64,000 nt of DNA from a virus. The notes beneath the pieces were generated by a model, which did not search any database, was not told the DNA's origin, and worked only from the letters and a program-made list of their open reading frames with translations. The stretch is from IMG/VR virus record IMGVR_UViG_3300045988_177331, one strand, 5' to 3'. Positions 1 to 8,618 of the stretch are shown here, piece by piece (position 1 is the stretch's first letter; every line of letters begins with the position of its first letter). The position numbers were made by a program, and so were the translations under genes.

Positions 1-56
1 AAGAGGAAGAAGAAGAGGAAGAAGAAGAGGAAGAAGAAGAGGAAGAAGAAGAGGAG
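1..56 (+). repeat. 12-nt tandem repeat (GAGGAAGAAGAA)n, about 4.5 copies, encoding poly-Glu
   Basis: Direct reading: aagaggaagaag reiterated from base 1 to about base 56, in frame with the downstream ORF. Confidence 0.9.
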
Positions 57-254
57 TTGACCGGTGAACAACTCAATGAAATGGATTTTGAAGAATTAGA
101 AGATATTTGTGAAGATAAATCACTTGATACTGACCCTGATGATTATGATGAGGACGAGGTTGAAAAGTTGAGAAAAGCAGTTGCAAAAGAATTGGGTATT
201 AATCTCCCAAAAAAGCAAGAGAAAAAATCCAAAAGTAAGAAGGATAAAAAATAA
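1..254 (+). CDS. 3' end of a CDS entering from upstream; extremely acidic poly-Glu/Asp protein
   Basis: The frame of ORF 57..254 stays open back to base 3 (GAG/GAA codons). The TTG at 57 is therefore unlikely to be the real start. Stop at 252-254. Confidence 0.6.
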   Translation, partial: EEEEEEEEEEEEEEEEEELTGEQLNEMDFEELEDICEDKSLDTDPDDYDEDEVEKLRKAVAKELGINLPKKQEKKSKSKKDKK

Positions 255-296
255 TAAGACTATCAATTATCGTTCATAATTTAGTATTCATAAAAA

Positions 297-379
297 ATCC
301 AGAGGGGTTAATAAAAGAACACTGATACCTGTAGAATTCATATCGTTCCTATTTAATTCAAGTTTTAACCCCTCTGGAT
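297..379. other. 15-bp perfect inverted repeat (ATCCAGAGGGGTTAA / TTAACCCCTCTGGAT) with 53-nt spacer; long-loop hairpin, possible terminator or structured RNA
   Basis: Arms read at 297-311 and 365-379, in the gap between two + strand genes. Confidence 0.5.
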
Positions 380-426
380 ATAAAAAGTAGACCATTTATT
401 AAATAACAATAAAACAAAAAAAAATT

Positions 427-804
427 ATGGCAACTAAGAAAAAAGTTACAAAAGAAGTTAATGATGCTGAAGCAGAAAAAAAGGCAGCAAAAAGGAAAGC
501 TCGTTTGGAAGCTATTAAAAATCGTCCTGAAGGACAAAGACCCAATGGGAAACAAATTGATGTTATTGAAACCGGTAATGGGGTAGTAAAAAATTATGGA
601 TACCCCCTAAAAAACAAAGATGGACACCAGGGAGTATTGGTAACATCAGTTTTGGAAACCAAAGATGGTCAAGTAGTTTCTACTTCAGTAACATTTGTTC
701 CTGGTAAATTTACGGTAAAAGCCAAAAAAGGACATGGAACTATTTGCACAGCAAAAACCAAAAAAGATAAAGCTTCTGAAGAAACAGAAAATGATGAGGA
801 TTAA
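427..804 (+). CDS. hypothetical Lys-rich protein with acidic tail
   Basis: ATG after an A-rich leader (aaaaaaaaattATG). 125 aa, KKK-rich N-terminus, ETENDED C-terminus. Terminator follows at 862-902. Confidence 0.65.
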   Translation: MATKKKVTKEVNDAEAEKKAAKRKARLEAIKNRPEGQRPNGKQIDVIETGNGVVKNYGYPLKNKDGHQGVLVTSVLETKDGQVVSTSVTFVPGKFTVKAKKGHGTICTAKTKKDKASEETENDED

Positions 805-861
805 AAAATCCATATATTTCTCTTTTTGTTCATATTAGTTAGTTTTAGTTTTGTCAAGCTG

Positions 862-902
862 CCCCATTTAGGTTTAACTTATTTTCCTAAATGGGGTTTT
901 TT
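862..902 (+). terminator. rho-independent terminator
   Basis: Stem CCCCATTTAGG (862-872) / CCTAAATGGGG (886-896) followed by TTTTTT. Confidence 0.8.
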
Positions 903-915
903 ATTTATCAAGGTT

Positions 916-1161
916 ATGGATAATAAATTAGATGATATAGAAATTTTATACTTTGCAATCTGTAATCAAATAGGATTATATAATTCTTTTCTAGAAGATA
1001 ATAAAAATAACCTTTCAAAAGAAGATATTGAATTTTCAGAATATATAATTGCAAGGTCAATAGAGATAAGGGATAATATGGAAAAGAATTTGAAAAACAA
1101 ATTTGATTTAGATGTGGATAAACCAATAAGTAGACCAAAATGGACAGAGGAAAGTATGTAA
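916..1161 (+). CDS. hypothetical protein (81 aa)
   Basis: The track ORF starts at 826, but its first 30 codons cover the terminator hairpin at 862-902. The internal ATG at 916 (MDNKLDD...) is the more plausible start. Confidence 0.5.
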   Translation: MDNKLDDIEILYFAICNQIGLYNSFLEDNKNNLSKEDIEFSEYIIARSIEIRDNMEKNLKNKFDLDVDKPISRPKWTEESM

Positions 1162-1511
1162 TGTCAGTAAGGAATTTAATCCTTAGTATAATTGACCAAT
1201 CTAAGGAATTAAATTCCTTAGAATTGGAGTTATCCAAAACCAATAATCTTGGTAAAAGAAATTCTTTGATAAAATCAAAGGTATTTAAGTTAAAGAAATT
1301 AAAACATACTATGAGTACCATTGATAAGATTGTCAATGGAAATATAATAACAATTAGGTATTCATTAGATGAACAGGTATTTCAAAGAAAATTTGTAAAT
1401 ATATCAAAAAGAGATGTAATACTCCTGTTAAAATTGACTAATTCAAATCATAAAATTAAAATCCTAGAAATCAAGGAGGAATTTACCAAAGAAAGTTTAA
1501 TAAAACTATAA
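1140..1511 (+). CDS. hypothetical protein
   Basis: ORF from the track. An alternative start, ATG 1161, forms a TAATG stop-start overlap with the upstream gene. Confidence 0.55.
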   Translation: MDRGKYVMSVRNLILSIIDQSKELNSLELELSKTNNLGKRNSLIKSKVFKLKKLKHTMSTIDKIVNGNIITIRYSLDEQVFQRKFVNISKRDVILLLKLTNSNHKIKILEIKEEFTKESLIKL

Positions 1512-1536
1512 GATATAAAATTTAGAATCGAATCCT

Positions 1537-2196
1537 ATGGAATTTAAAACCCTAAAAATATCACCAAAAACAGCAGTTTTAGAATCTGTTAGGGCTCAAA
1601 CTAAATTATTTAGATATGTAAGGGATAATAATTTAGAATCAGCAAAAGCAAATCTAAATCACCCAATACATGGTCCTATCATTAAAGAATATTTAAGAAT
1701 CATACAATATGGTAATAATAAAATAAATGAGTTAGAACAAGAGATTATGAAAACAAAAAAAGAAAAGGAAGCTAAGGAAAAATTAGCAAATGAAGTTAAG
1801 GTTAAAAAAAGTGACAAAAAACTTAAAAAACCAGTAGTAAAGGTTGAACCTTCTAAAAATCGGGTATTTACAACTTATGATTATCCCACCATTGATGGGA
1901 AAGAACTCTCTTCAGATTTGAAAAAGAGATATAGGGCAAAAATCAGAAGTTTGATTAAATCCCAAATGACTAAAGAGGAAGCAACTAAAAGAGCAACTGC
2001 TTTTATCAAGGAAGAAAGTACAAAACCCAAAGATATAAAGAAGCAGGAACCCGACAAGGAATCAAAAAGCAAGGTTGGAAAATCAGAGAAAAAAGACAAG
2101 GTTTCTAAGAAAAAAGATTTACAGCCTAAGGATTCTTCAAAATCCAAAAAATCCAAAGATAAGCCTAAAAAAAAGGTAAAAAAGGAAGAGGATTAA
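1537..2196 (+). CDS. hypothetical Lys-rich low-complexity protein
   Basis: 219 aa. The C-terminal third is K/S/D/E low complexity (…KKSKDKPKKKVKKEED). Terminator directly downstream. Confidence 0.65.
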   Translation: MEFKTLKISPKTAVLESVRAQTKLFRYVRDNNLESAKANLNHPIHGPIIKEYLRIIQYGNNKINELEQEIMKTKKEKEAKEKLANEVKVKKSDKKLKKPVVKVEPSKNRVFTTYDYPTIDGKELSSDLKKRYRAKIRSLIKSQMTKEEATKRATAFIKEESTKPKDIKKQEPDKESKSKVGKSEKKDKVSKKKDLQPKDSSKSKKSKDKPKKKVKKEED

Positions 2197-2224
2197 ATAA
2201 AGGATTTTGTGGGACCAAAATAGG

Positions 2225-2267
2225 AAAAGGTATAGTGGATAATCCTGCAATTCACTATACCTTTTTT
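2225..2267 (+). terminator. rho-independent terminator
   Basis: 13-bp stem AAAAGGTATAGTG (2225-2237) / CACTATACCTTTT (2253-2265) running into a T tract. Confidence 0.8.
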
Positions 2268-2290
2268 CATTGACTAACCCAGAATTTTTA

Positions 2291-2322
2291 TTTGCATAAT
2301 TAAATTATTAAATTTATATTTG
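2291..2322 (+). promoter_or_regulatory. Bacteroidota-type promoter, early promoter family copy
   Basis: TTTG (2291-2294), exactly 20 nt, TATATTTG (2315-2322) followed by CATT. Upstream CCCAGAATTTTTA is shared with other copies. ATG at 2356. Confidence 0.7.
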
Positions 2323-2355
2323 CATTGAAATAAAAATAAAAAGGAAACAACTACT

Positions 2356-2799
2356 ATGGCAAAAATAAAAATAACCCCAGCTTTAACCAAAGAGAAAATA
2401 TTACTCATGGTTCTAGATATAAACATAGAATCAATAGAGAATATTTTACTTGATAATCAAATAAAAGAAAAATGGAAACTCTTGTGGGATAATTATGACA
2501 TAAATGGGGGGATATTTAGAGAACAAGCTACAAATATATTAAATACTTATAAATTCATAAGAAACCATATAATAACCAGTAATGATATCCCAACTTTTAC
2601 ATTAAAGAGTTTAAAGAGTACCTGGTATAATACTTTAAAAAGCACTTTATTTATGTTGGAACCTCAATTATTGGAAGAAGAACCATTTGCTCTATATGCA
2701 ATAAATAAGCTATGGGATATATTTCTAGAGATTGATTATAATAGAAAAGATAATTTTATTAACTTACTAAATTTAAAAAGCTATGTTGACAAGTTTTGA
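2356..2799 (+). CDS. hypothetical protein
   Basis: 147 aa, first ORF after the promoter copy. Confidence 0.6.
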   Translation: MAKIKITPALTKEKILLMVLDINIESIENILLDNQIKEKWKLLWDNYDINGGIFREQATNILNTYKFIRNHIITSNDIPTFTLKSLKSTWYNTLKSTLFMLEPQLLEEEPFALYAINKLWDIFLEIDYNRKDNFINLLNLKSYVDKF

Positions 2800-3046
2800 C
2801 CTAATTGATTTTGATGTTAAATCTAGTTCCAATTTAACTCATATATCCTGGAAAAGGGATATTGGACCCACAACAAAGGGAACCTTAAAAGTTTCCTTTC
2901 ACAATGGTCTAAGATATGAATATTATGGTATACCAAAATCATTAGTAGACCAATTATATGAAGTTGAACGAACTAATGGTTCTGTTGGTTCTGCATTTCA
3001 CAATCTTATAGTTAGAAACAAATCAATAAAATATCGTAAATTATGA
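2783..3046 (+). CDS. KTSC-domain-like small protein
   Basis: 87 aa. GTLKVSFHNGLRYEYYGIPKSLVDQLYEVERTNGSVGSAFHNLI fits the KTSC pattern (L.V.F..G..Y.Y.gVP...y..l....S.G.yf...I) as I recall it. Confidence 0.55.
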   Translation: MLTSFDLIDFDVKSSSNLTHISWKRDIGPTTKGTLKVSFHNGLRYEYYGIPKSLVDQLYEVERTNGSVGSAFHNLIVRNKSIKYRKL

Positions 3047-3480
3047 ACCAAAAGGATTTTAACCCGGATTTTAATGATGATGATTTACTAGTGGATATGA
3101 CCTTTAAGGTAGTAAAATTCATATTCACAATAGTTGCAGTATTAGGGGTATTCATTGTATTTGGTAGAATATCACAAGATAGTCAAAGTAATGAAGAGTA
3201 TACTCCAATAACATTTACTAATGTTAATCCAAGTATTCCAGCAAGTGAAATTAAATCAAGAGATTATACTAATAGAACTGTAACTTATAGGGAATATGGA
3301 ACCCCACCCCCAAGCAAATTATATGATAATTCAGATTATAGCAATAAGGGATTTGTTATAAAAGCAAATAATGGGGTTGAAATAAATACTGGGTTAACCA
3401 AAGATGATATTATACAGCAAGTAATGGATGATGCTGATATATATGATTTAATAGATTATTATGGTGATGAACTAAGGTAA
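3043..3480 (+). CDS. hypothetical membrane-anchored protein
   Basis: ATGA overlap with the upstream gene. One hydrophobic helix (VVKFIFTIVAVLGVFIVFGRI). Confidence 0.6.
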   Translation: MNQKDFNPDFNDDDLLVDMTFKVVKFIFTIVAVLGVFIVFGRISQDSQSNEEYTPITFTNVNPSIPASEIKSRDYTNRTVTYREYGTPPPSKLYDNSDYSNKGFVIKANNGVEINTGLTKDDIIQQVMDDADIYDLIDYYGDELR

Positions 3481-3521
3481 TCATAACATTATCACAATCC
3501 CAGAATTTTATATATTAAATA

Positions 3522-3553
3522 TTTGCATAATTAAATATTGCATTATATATTTG
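3522..3553 (+). promoter_or_regulatory. Bacteroidota-type promoter, early promoter family copy
   Basis: TTTG (3522-3525), 20 nt, TATATTTG (3546-3553). The 47 bp at 3511-3557 are identical to 6981-7027. Confidence 0.75.
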
Positions 3554-3578
3554 CATTGCAATTAAAAATAAAAGAGTT

Positions 3579-3797
3579 ATGGCAAAGAAACCTAAAATTA
3601 ACTTATCGGATTATACTTATGAATTTGAGGAAATCCTAAAAGCACACAGAAATTGTTGCCCATATCACCATTACCAAAAACAAGGAGATAATGGGTTAAA
3701 CTACACAATCAAATGTGGTGCCAATCATGAAGTTTGCAATGACAAATGTTGGTATATCCAGAACTTCAAAAAAGAACTTGAGTCACATATTAATTAA
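3579..3797 (+). CDS. hypothetical Cys/His-rich (zinc-binding-like) small protein
   Basis: 72 aa with CCPYHHY…C…H..C..KC spacing. Confidence 0.55.
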   Translation: MAKKPKINLSDYTYEFEEILKAHRNCCPYHHYQKQGDNGLNYTIKCGANHEVCNDKCWYIQNFKKELESHIN

Positions 3798-3856
3798 ACC
3801 CCAGGTAAACCACAAGAATTTTGATTAAAAAATTTTTCTATATTAAAAAATTGAAT

Positions 3857-3864
3857 TATATTTG
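3857..3864 (+). promoter_or_regulatory. -7 box only (TATATTTG), weaker promoter candidate
   Basis: TATATTTGTATTG lies 52 nt upstream of ATG 3916. No TTTG at the canonical 20-nt spacing. Confidence 0.4.
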
Positions 3865-3915
3865 TATTGTAAAAATTAATTATCTATTATTTATAAACAA
3901 CTAAAACTTAAAGTC

Positions 3916-4362
3916 ATGGAAAAGAACGAAAAGAAAATCACAACAACTGCTGAATTCATTAATGAAGTTCAAAACGTATTAAACAGTGAAAAACCTCAGG
4001 AAGTAAAGAAAACTAAATCAGAGAAAAAATCCAAAGAGGTAAAGGCCCAAAAGAAAGAAGACAAAACTTCTAAAAAGAAAACCAAAAAGAATGAAAAAGT
4101 TCTTAAAGAGGTAAAGGCCCAAAATGAAATAAATCTGGTAGAGGAAGTAATATCTAAAAGGGAAGTAAAATACAAATACCCAGAAGATTGTATCGATACC
4201 TTATCAAGAAAGAAATATAGACAACAGGTAAGGAATAAACTTCATCAATTGGAATTGGAAATGTACAGAATCCAAGATAAGCAATCTAAAGAATTTAAGA
4301 GAAAATCCAAGGAATATGAATCCTATAAAAAAGAGGTTCTAAAAGAAGGTGCAGCTGCATAA
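3916..4362 (+). CDS. hypothetical Lys-rich protein with internal repeat
   Basis: 148 aa. The 20-bp direct repeat aaagaggtaaaggcccaaaa at 4033-4052 and 4105-4124 encodes KEVKAQ twice. Confidence 0.65.
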   Translation: MEKNEKKITTTAEFINEVQNVLNSEKPQEVKKTKSEKKSKEVKAQKKEDKTSKKKTKKNEKVLKEVKAQNEINLVEEVISKREVKYKYPEDCIDTLSRKKYRQQVRNKLHQLELEMYRIQDKQSKEFKRKSKEYESYKKEVLKEGAAA

Positions 4363-4374
4363 ATAAAATAAATA

Positions 4375-4468
4375 GAGTGGGTGAATGAATTAGTTAGTTA
4401 TTATTTGTTTAATGAAAGATAACAACCAACTATTACTTTTGACTTTCACTTTTATCATTCACCCACTC
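4375..4468. other. 14-bp perfect inverted repeat (GAGTGGGTGAATGA / TCATTCACCCACTC) with 66-nt spacer
   Basis: Arms at 4375-4388 and 4455-4468, just after the stop of the 3916 gene. The spacer has partial internal complementarity. Confidence 0.5.
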
Positions 4469-4505
4469 ATTATATATTAATATACCTTAATAAAAATCCA
4501 GGATT

Positions 4506-4775
4506 ATGTATGAGCTACCAGAAAAAGTTATTAAAAAATCTAATGAGGAACTTATAGATATACATAAAAAATGTATAACTAATTATCTTATCCAAAGGCA
4601 AATAAAAATCACTAGAAGAAGACAATTATTCATTATTTATGACCATTATATAAGTCATAAGAATATAAGAATGTTCTTTTATAGACCAATAAAGTTATTT
4701 GTATATGCTTTGGTAACAAATAGGTTGGAAGAAATAAGTAATTACATATATAAGACAAAAAAAAATGTTCACTGA
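4506..4775 (+). CDS. hypothetical protein
   Basis: 89 aa ORF in the + strand tiling. Confidence 0.5.
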   Translation: MYELPEKVIKKSNEELIDIHKKCITNYLIQRQIKITRRRQLFIIYDHYISHKNIRMFFYRPIKLFVYALVTNRLEEISNYIYKTKKNVH

Positions 4776-5142
4776 TTTAGTATCAACTCTTACTCTGGAT
4801 AAAACCAGGATTATATATCCAAATTTTGCAACTAATAATCTTGATATTAGGAAAATCATGGTAAAGGATTTATTCAAATCCTGGGATACTAAGGGTAATA
4901 ATACATATCCAGATTTTTATATAAGGGGGTATTACTATAATGAGGACCATCATAGTAGAAATATATTTGGAATTGATGATACTGGTACCCATTATTTATA
5001 TATCACTGGAGTCCCAAAAGGAACCCCAAAAAATAGTAATGCCCTAAATGTATTTAAATTACTAAATGCACAATATATGACTTATTTTGAGGATTCAGAA
5101 ATAGGATATTTAATTCAAATAACCAAGATATGGAAAAAATGA
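4765..5142 (+). CDS. hypothetical protein
   Basis: 125 aa, short overlap with both neighbours. Confidence 0.55.
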   Translation: MFTDLVSTLTLDKTRIIYPNFATNNLDIRKIMVKDLFKSWDTKGNNTYPDFYIRGYYYNEDHHSRNIFGIDDTGTHYLYITGVPKGTPKNSNALNVFKLLNAQYMTYFEDSEIGYLIQITKIWKK

Positions 5143-5369
5143 CCCTACTTAAATTGATATATGCCCAAATAATGGCAAATCAAAATGATGGCATATATCC
5201 CTATGATTTATATGGACGTAAAGGACCAAAATTTAATCCTGATTATAAAGTAAAGGATAAAGATTCAATGAGGCAAGAAAGGGAATTCAATATAAATGGG
5301 ATTAAGGTAATGGCATATTCCAGAAAAGATGCACTACAACGTTTAAAACATAAAAACAAAAGAAAATGA
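5130..5369 (+). CDS. hypothetical protein
   Basis: 79 aa, overlaps the upstream gene, ATGA overlap with the downstream gene. Confidence 0.5.
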   Translation: MEKMTLLKLIYAQIMANQNDGIYPYDLYGRKGPKFNPDYKVKDKDSMRQEREFNINGIKVMAYSRKDALQRLKHKNKRK

Positions 5370-5800
5370 AAACTAAGGATTATGTAAGGTTATTCAAATT
5401 GGATAAACCATTTTATGAATTTAGTAGAGAAAAGTTCCTAAATGAACTAGGTAGGGAATTTAATCAAAGGGTTGAAGATACTAGATTAGAAAGGCAAAGG
5501 AGGAATCTAGAATTTACTTTTTCTATATTTAATAAAATAGTAAAAGAAATAGAAATAAAATTCTGGTCCATATCCAATAAAAAACATGGGTTGCCTTTTT
5601 CAGAAAAATTATTTTCCTCTTTCTTTGCTGGTTGGATAATCCCAATCCGAAAAAAATATTTCCCAAAAGAGGACCAGGAATTAACCTTAAAATGGGAAAG
5701 GAAAAAATTGGAAATGCAAAAATCAGAAGAACCCAAAAAACCAAATACCATTAAAAAACCTAAAAATAATAAATCCCTTTCTCACAAGACTAGTAATTAG
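5366..5800 (+). CDS. hypothetical protein with basic C-terminus
   Basis: 144 aa, ATGA coupling to the upstream gene. Confidence 0.55.
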   Translation: MKTKDYVRLFKLDKPFYEFSREKFLNELGREFNQRVEDTRLERQRRNLEFTFSIFNKIVKEIEIKFWSISNKKHGLPFSEKLFSSFFAGWIIPIRKKYFPKEDQELTLKWERKKLEMQKSEEPKKPNTIKKPKNNKSLSHKTSN

Positions 5801-6026
5801 GTTCTAGGAATTTTATAATTATAGGGTAAATAAAAACAATTATCTAATAACCAATTGGTTACGCTTATTACTCATGGTTATAAAATTTTAGAGAAATATC
5901 AAATCTAATATGTACGATAATGTGGATTATCTATAGTGTAATCATAGGTAAAATTGGGATTATTAATCCTGGGATTATTCAATAAAAAATCCCAATAAAT
6001 CACCAAGGGAAATAATCAGAATTTCA

Positions 6027-6062
6027 ATAGTGGGTACCTTAATTGGTTTACCCACTATTTTT
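6027..6062 (+). terminator. rho-independent terminator
   Basis: Stem ATAGTGGGTA (6027-6036) / TACCCACTAT (6049-6058) followed by a T run. It lies 227 nt after the nearest upstream stop. Confidence 0.75.
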
Positions 6063-6110
6063 CTGTGTATTTCAACCATATTGAATAATAAGTAAAAATC
6101 CGATATAATC

Positions 6111-6968
6111 ATGGCAAAAAAAGATTTAAATCAAAATCATCAAAGAGTACCTAGACCAATGGGTATAACCCAGTTAATGAATGAGTATCATAAAACTAAT
6201 GATAAAAAATTATTAGATATGGTGCAAACCTTTATAATACAACAATGGATTATAAATAATGGTAGGGTATGTGGGAACAATTTTTCTATATTGGAATTAA
6301 GTAAATTCTTATTATGTGAACCCGAGAGAATTAGGAGAAGAATGATGGAAATGTTAGTAGAAACTAATTTATGGGATAAAGAAAAACAGGATAAATTAAT
6401 GGATTCACTAATAGGACAAAATCTTGTATGGTTACTAGAAGATAGGATGGAAATAGAGGGTCAATTAAGTTTATTAAAAAAATCTCAGGGTGATAGATAT
6501 ACCCCTTTTGTTACTTCAGAAGTGAATAAAACCCTTGGTTTAAAATTGAATACTTCTACAAATTTACAATCTTTCATTAGGGCTTTATCTGGTGGGAATA
6601 GTTATGTAAATATATTCAATAATAATCAGGTAAATCAAACTCAAAATAACACTATTACATATGATGATGCTCTTAAAATAGTTCAGGAAGAAAGTACTAA
6701 ATTCTTAGGTAGTGACAAAGAGTTAAAATATATAGAAGCTAATTATGATATTGATGACTTACCAGAAGTAGTTGCAACTAAACAACTTGGGGTTGATACT
6801 TCAAAGGAGGGTCTTACTTTAAGCAATTCAGAAATTAGTCAAACCATAGACACTTACTATAAAGAACTAGATAATGGTGAAACCCCTCATGATGTTAGGA
6901 GAGAAATAGAATTGCAAATAGACAAAGAAGCTATAGACCCAGAAATAGATATATATCCAGATAATTAA
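6111..6968 (+). CDS. hypothetical protein (285 aa), possible helix-turn-helix segment
   Basis: Long ORF after a 310-bp gap. FSILELSKFLLCEPERIRRRM looks HTH-like, but function is not assignable from sequence alone. Confidence 0.6.
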   Translation: MAKKDLNQNHQRVPRPMGITQLMNEYHKTNDKKLLDMVQTFIIQQWIINNGRVCGNNFSILELSKFLLCEPERIRRRMMEMLVETNLWDKEKQDKLMDSLIGQNLVWLLEDRMEIEGQLSLLKKSQGDRYTPFVTSEVNKTLGLKLNTSTNLQSFIRALSGGNSYVNIFNNNQVNQTQNNTITYDDALKIVQEESTKFLGSDKELKYIEANYDIDDLPEVVATKQLGVDTSKEGLTLSNSEISQTIDTYYKELDNGETPHDVRREIELQIDKEAIDPEIDIYPDN

Positions 6969-6991
6969 CCCCCAATATATTATATTAAATA

Positions 6992-7023
6992 TTTGCATAA
7001 TTAAATATTGCATTATATATTTG
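6992..7023 (+). promoter_or_regulatory. Bacteroidota-type promoter, early promoter family copy
   Basis: TTTG (6992-6995), 20 nt, TATATTTG (7016-7023). Part of the 92-bp perfect repeat 6967-7058 = 8533-8624. Confidence 0.75.
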
Positions 7024-7052
7024 CATTAAATAATAATTAAAATAAAAAGGAT

Positions 7053-7616
7053 ATGGAACTAAACCTAAAAGAATCATATAATTTACTCAAAACTCTAATT
7101 AAAGAACACTGGGTAATATATGATTGCCCAGGTGGGTTAGAGTTAATAACTAATGTTCATCTTAAAAATAACAATCTTAGCTTTACAACTAAATCAAAAC
7201 TTATAGTATATCCAGGAAATAGGGTATATATATTAAATACCAAGGATATACCATTAAGACTTTTCAGTAATGTATCATCTAAATCACTTGATTTTAATAT
7301 AGTTACCATAGATGTTAGTGATATTACAAAATATAAATATTTTGGTATCATAAAACTTAGTGAACCCATAGATATAAGTTCTGATATAAAAAAATTACCA
7401 GAAACAATATTTATAGAAGAGGGTATAGTAGAAGAACAATATCTTAAATATACTCTAATGGTAGATGTAATAGAAGAGAATATTGGAAAGAAAGAGTATA
7501 GAAAGTATTATATTGTTAAATATATAGACCACAACTTTAATTTACGTTATAGTAATAAATATAAACCAGAAGACCTAAGAAGATTAACATTCATATCACC
7601 ATTAAAAATCAAATAA
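7053..7616 (+). CDS. hypothetical protein
   Basis: 187 aa, directly after the promoter copy. Confidence 0.6.
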   Translation: MELNLKESYNLLKTLIKEHWVIYDCPGGLELITNVHLKNNNLSFTTKSKLIVYPGNRVYILNTKDIPLRLFSNVSSKSLDFNIVTIDVSDITKYKYFGIIKLSEPIDISSDIKKLPETIFIEEGIVEEQYLKYTLMVDVIEENIGKKEYRKYYIVKYIDHNFNLRYSNKYKPEDLRRLTFISPLKIK

Positions 7617-7617
7617 T

Positions 7618-8214
7618 ATGTACGAAACTAAAAAACTGATTAGTAGAAAAAGAGGTAGATATCTTATAGATAATGATTTATCTATATGGATAAATAACTT
7701 ATCTAAGGAATTTCATATAGATGACTATAAACTCCATAAAAAAGTGTACGAAACTTACAAACATAATAGTTCATTATATGATATAATGCCTGAATTATTA
7801 TATAATAAGACCTTATTATTAGCTCTTTATATATGTAATAATAAGTACATAAACCCAATAAAATTATGTAACTTAATCAATATAGAACTATATTTCATAT
7901 CTAAAAATGGGTTTATAAATTACCCAGAATTGGTAAAACCATTAAAAGAATCAATAATGAAATGTGAATCATTTGGTTATTTTCATATTAATTCAATATC
8001 TTTAATGAATGTTGATACATTTCTAAAAAAGACATATACAATGGTATATTCACAAAATGTATCAAGAAGTGATTTAATACAAAATTGGTCAAATTTAATA
8101 TATGATTGTCTATATATCTTCTCAAAAGATGAACAATCATTTAATATGGTTAAAAATACTATAGTTAGGGACTTAAAGGAATTCAAGGAAAAAGAAGAAT
8201 GCAATCAAAAGTAA
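7618..8214 (+). CDS. hypothetical protein
   Basis: 198 aa, 1-nt gap from the upstream stop. Confidence 0.6.
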   Translation: MYETKKLISRKRGRYLIDNDLSIWINNLSKEFHIDDYKLHKKVYETYKHNSSLYDIMPELLYNKTLLLALYICNNKYINPIKLCNLINIELYFISKNGFINYPELVKPLKESIMKCESFGYFHINSISLMNVDTFLKKTYTMVYSQNVSRSDLIQNWSNLIYDCLYIFSKDEQSFNMVKNTIVRDLKEFKEKEECNQK

Positions 8215-8414
8215 TACCATTAGATGTAATAAAACATATATTGGAATTAAATCATGACCTATCAACAATGCGTGAAGATAATATTCCACTTAGTCAAATA
8301 TCCACATATTTAAGAACAAAAGAGAGAGAAATTAAAGATAAATACCAATTAGATGACATGGATTTAGTTCTTATAAGGTTTAATATATTTAGAAATTTTA
8401 CTCTGGATTCATAA
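8199..8414 (+). CDS. hypothetical protein
   Basis: 71 aa, followed by a terminator. Confidence 0.5.
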   Translation: MQSKVIPLDVIKHILELNHDLSTMREDNIPLSQISTYLRTKEREIKDKYQLDDMDLVLIRFNIFRNFTLDS

Positions 8415-8425
8415 TGTTAATTTTA

Positions 8426-8451
8426 GGTAGGGGATTCCCCTACCATTTTTT
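8426..8451 (+). terminator. rho-independent terminator
   Basis: GGTAGGGG (8426-8433) / CCCCTACC (8437-8444), 3-nt loop, then ATTTTTT. Confidence 0.7.
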
Positions 8452-8557
8452 ATGTTCCCAATCTAGAAAGTTATTTATCCTAACCTTAAAGAGAACTAGT
8501 AAATAAAAACCTAAATTCTGGAACCCAAGGTAAACCCCCAATATATTATATTAAATA

Positions 8558-8589
8558 TTTGCATAATTAAATATTGCATTATATATTTG
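8558..8589 (+). promoter_or_regulatory. Bacteroidota-type promoter, early promoter family copy
   Basis: TTTG (8558-8561), 20 nt, TATATTTG (8582-8589), inside the 92-bp perfect repeat. Confidence 0.75.
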
Positions 8590-8618
8590 CATTAAATAAT
8601 AATTAAAATAAAAAGGAT

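Noticed and set aside
826-915. Upstream starts proposed by the ORF track (826, also 33675, 14902 and 47201)
   Set aside because: The extensions run through terminator hairpins (862-902, 33671-33703) or use TTG where an in-frame ATG with a better context follows. Internal ATGs at 916, 33717, 14929 and 47231 were used instead.
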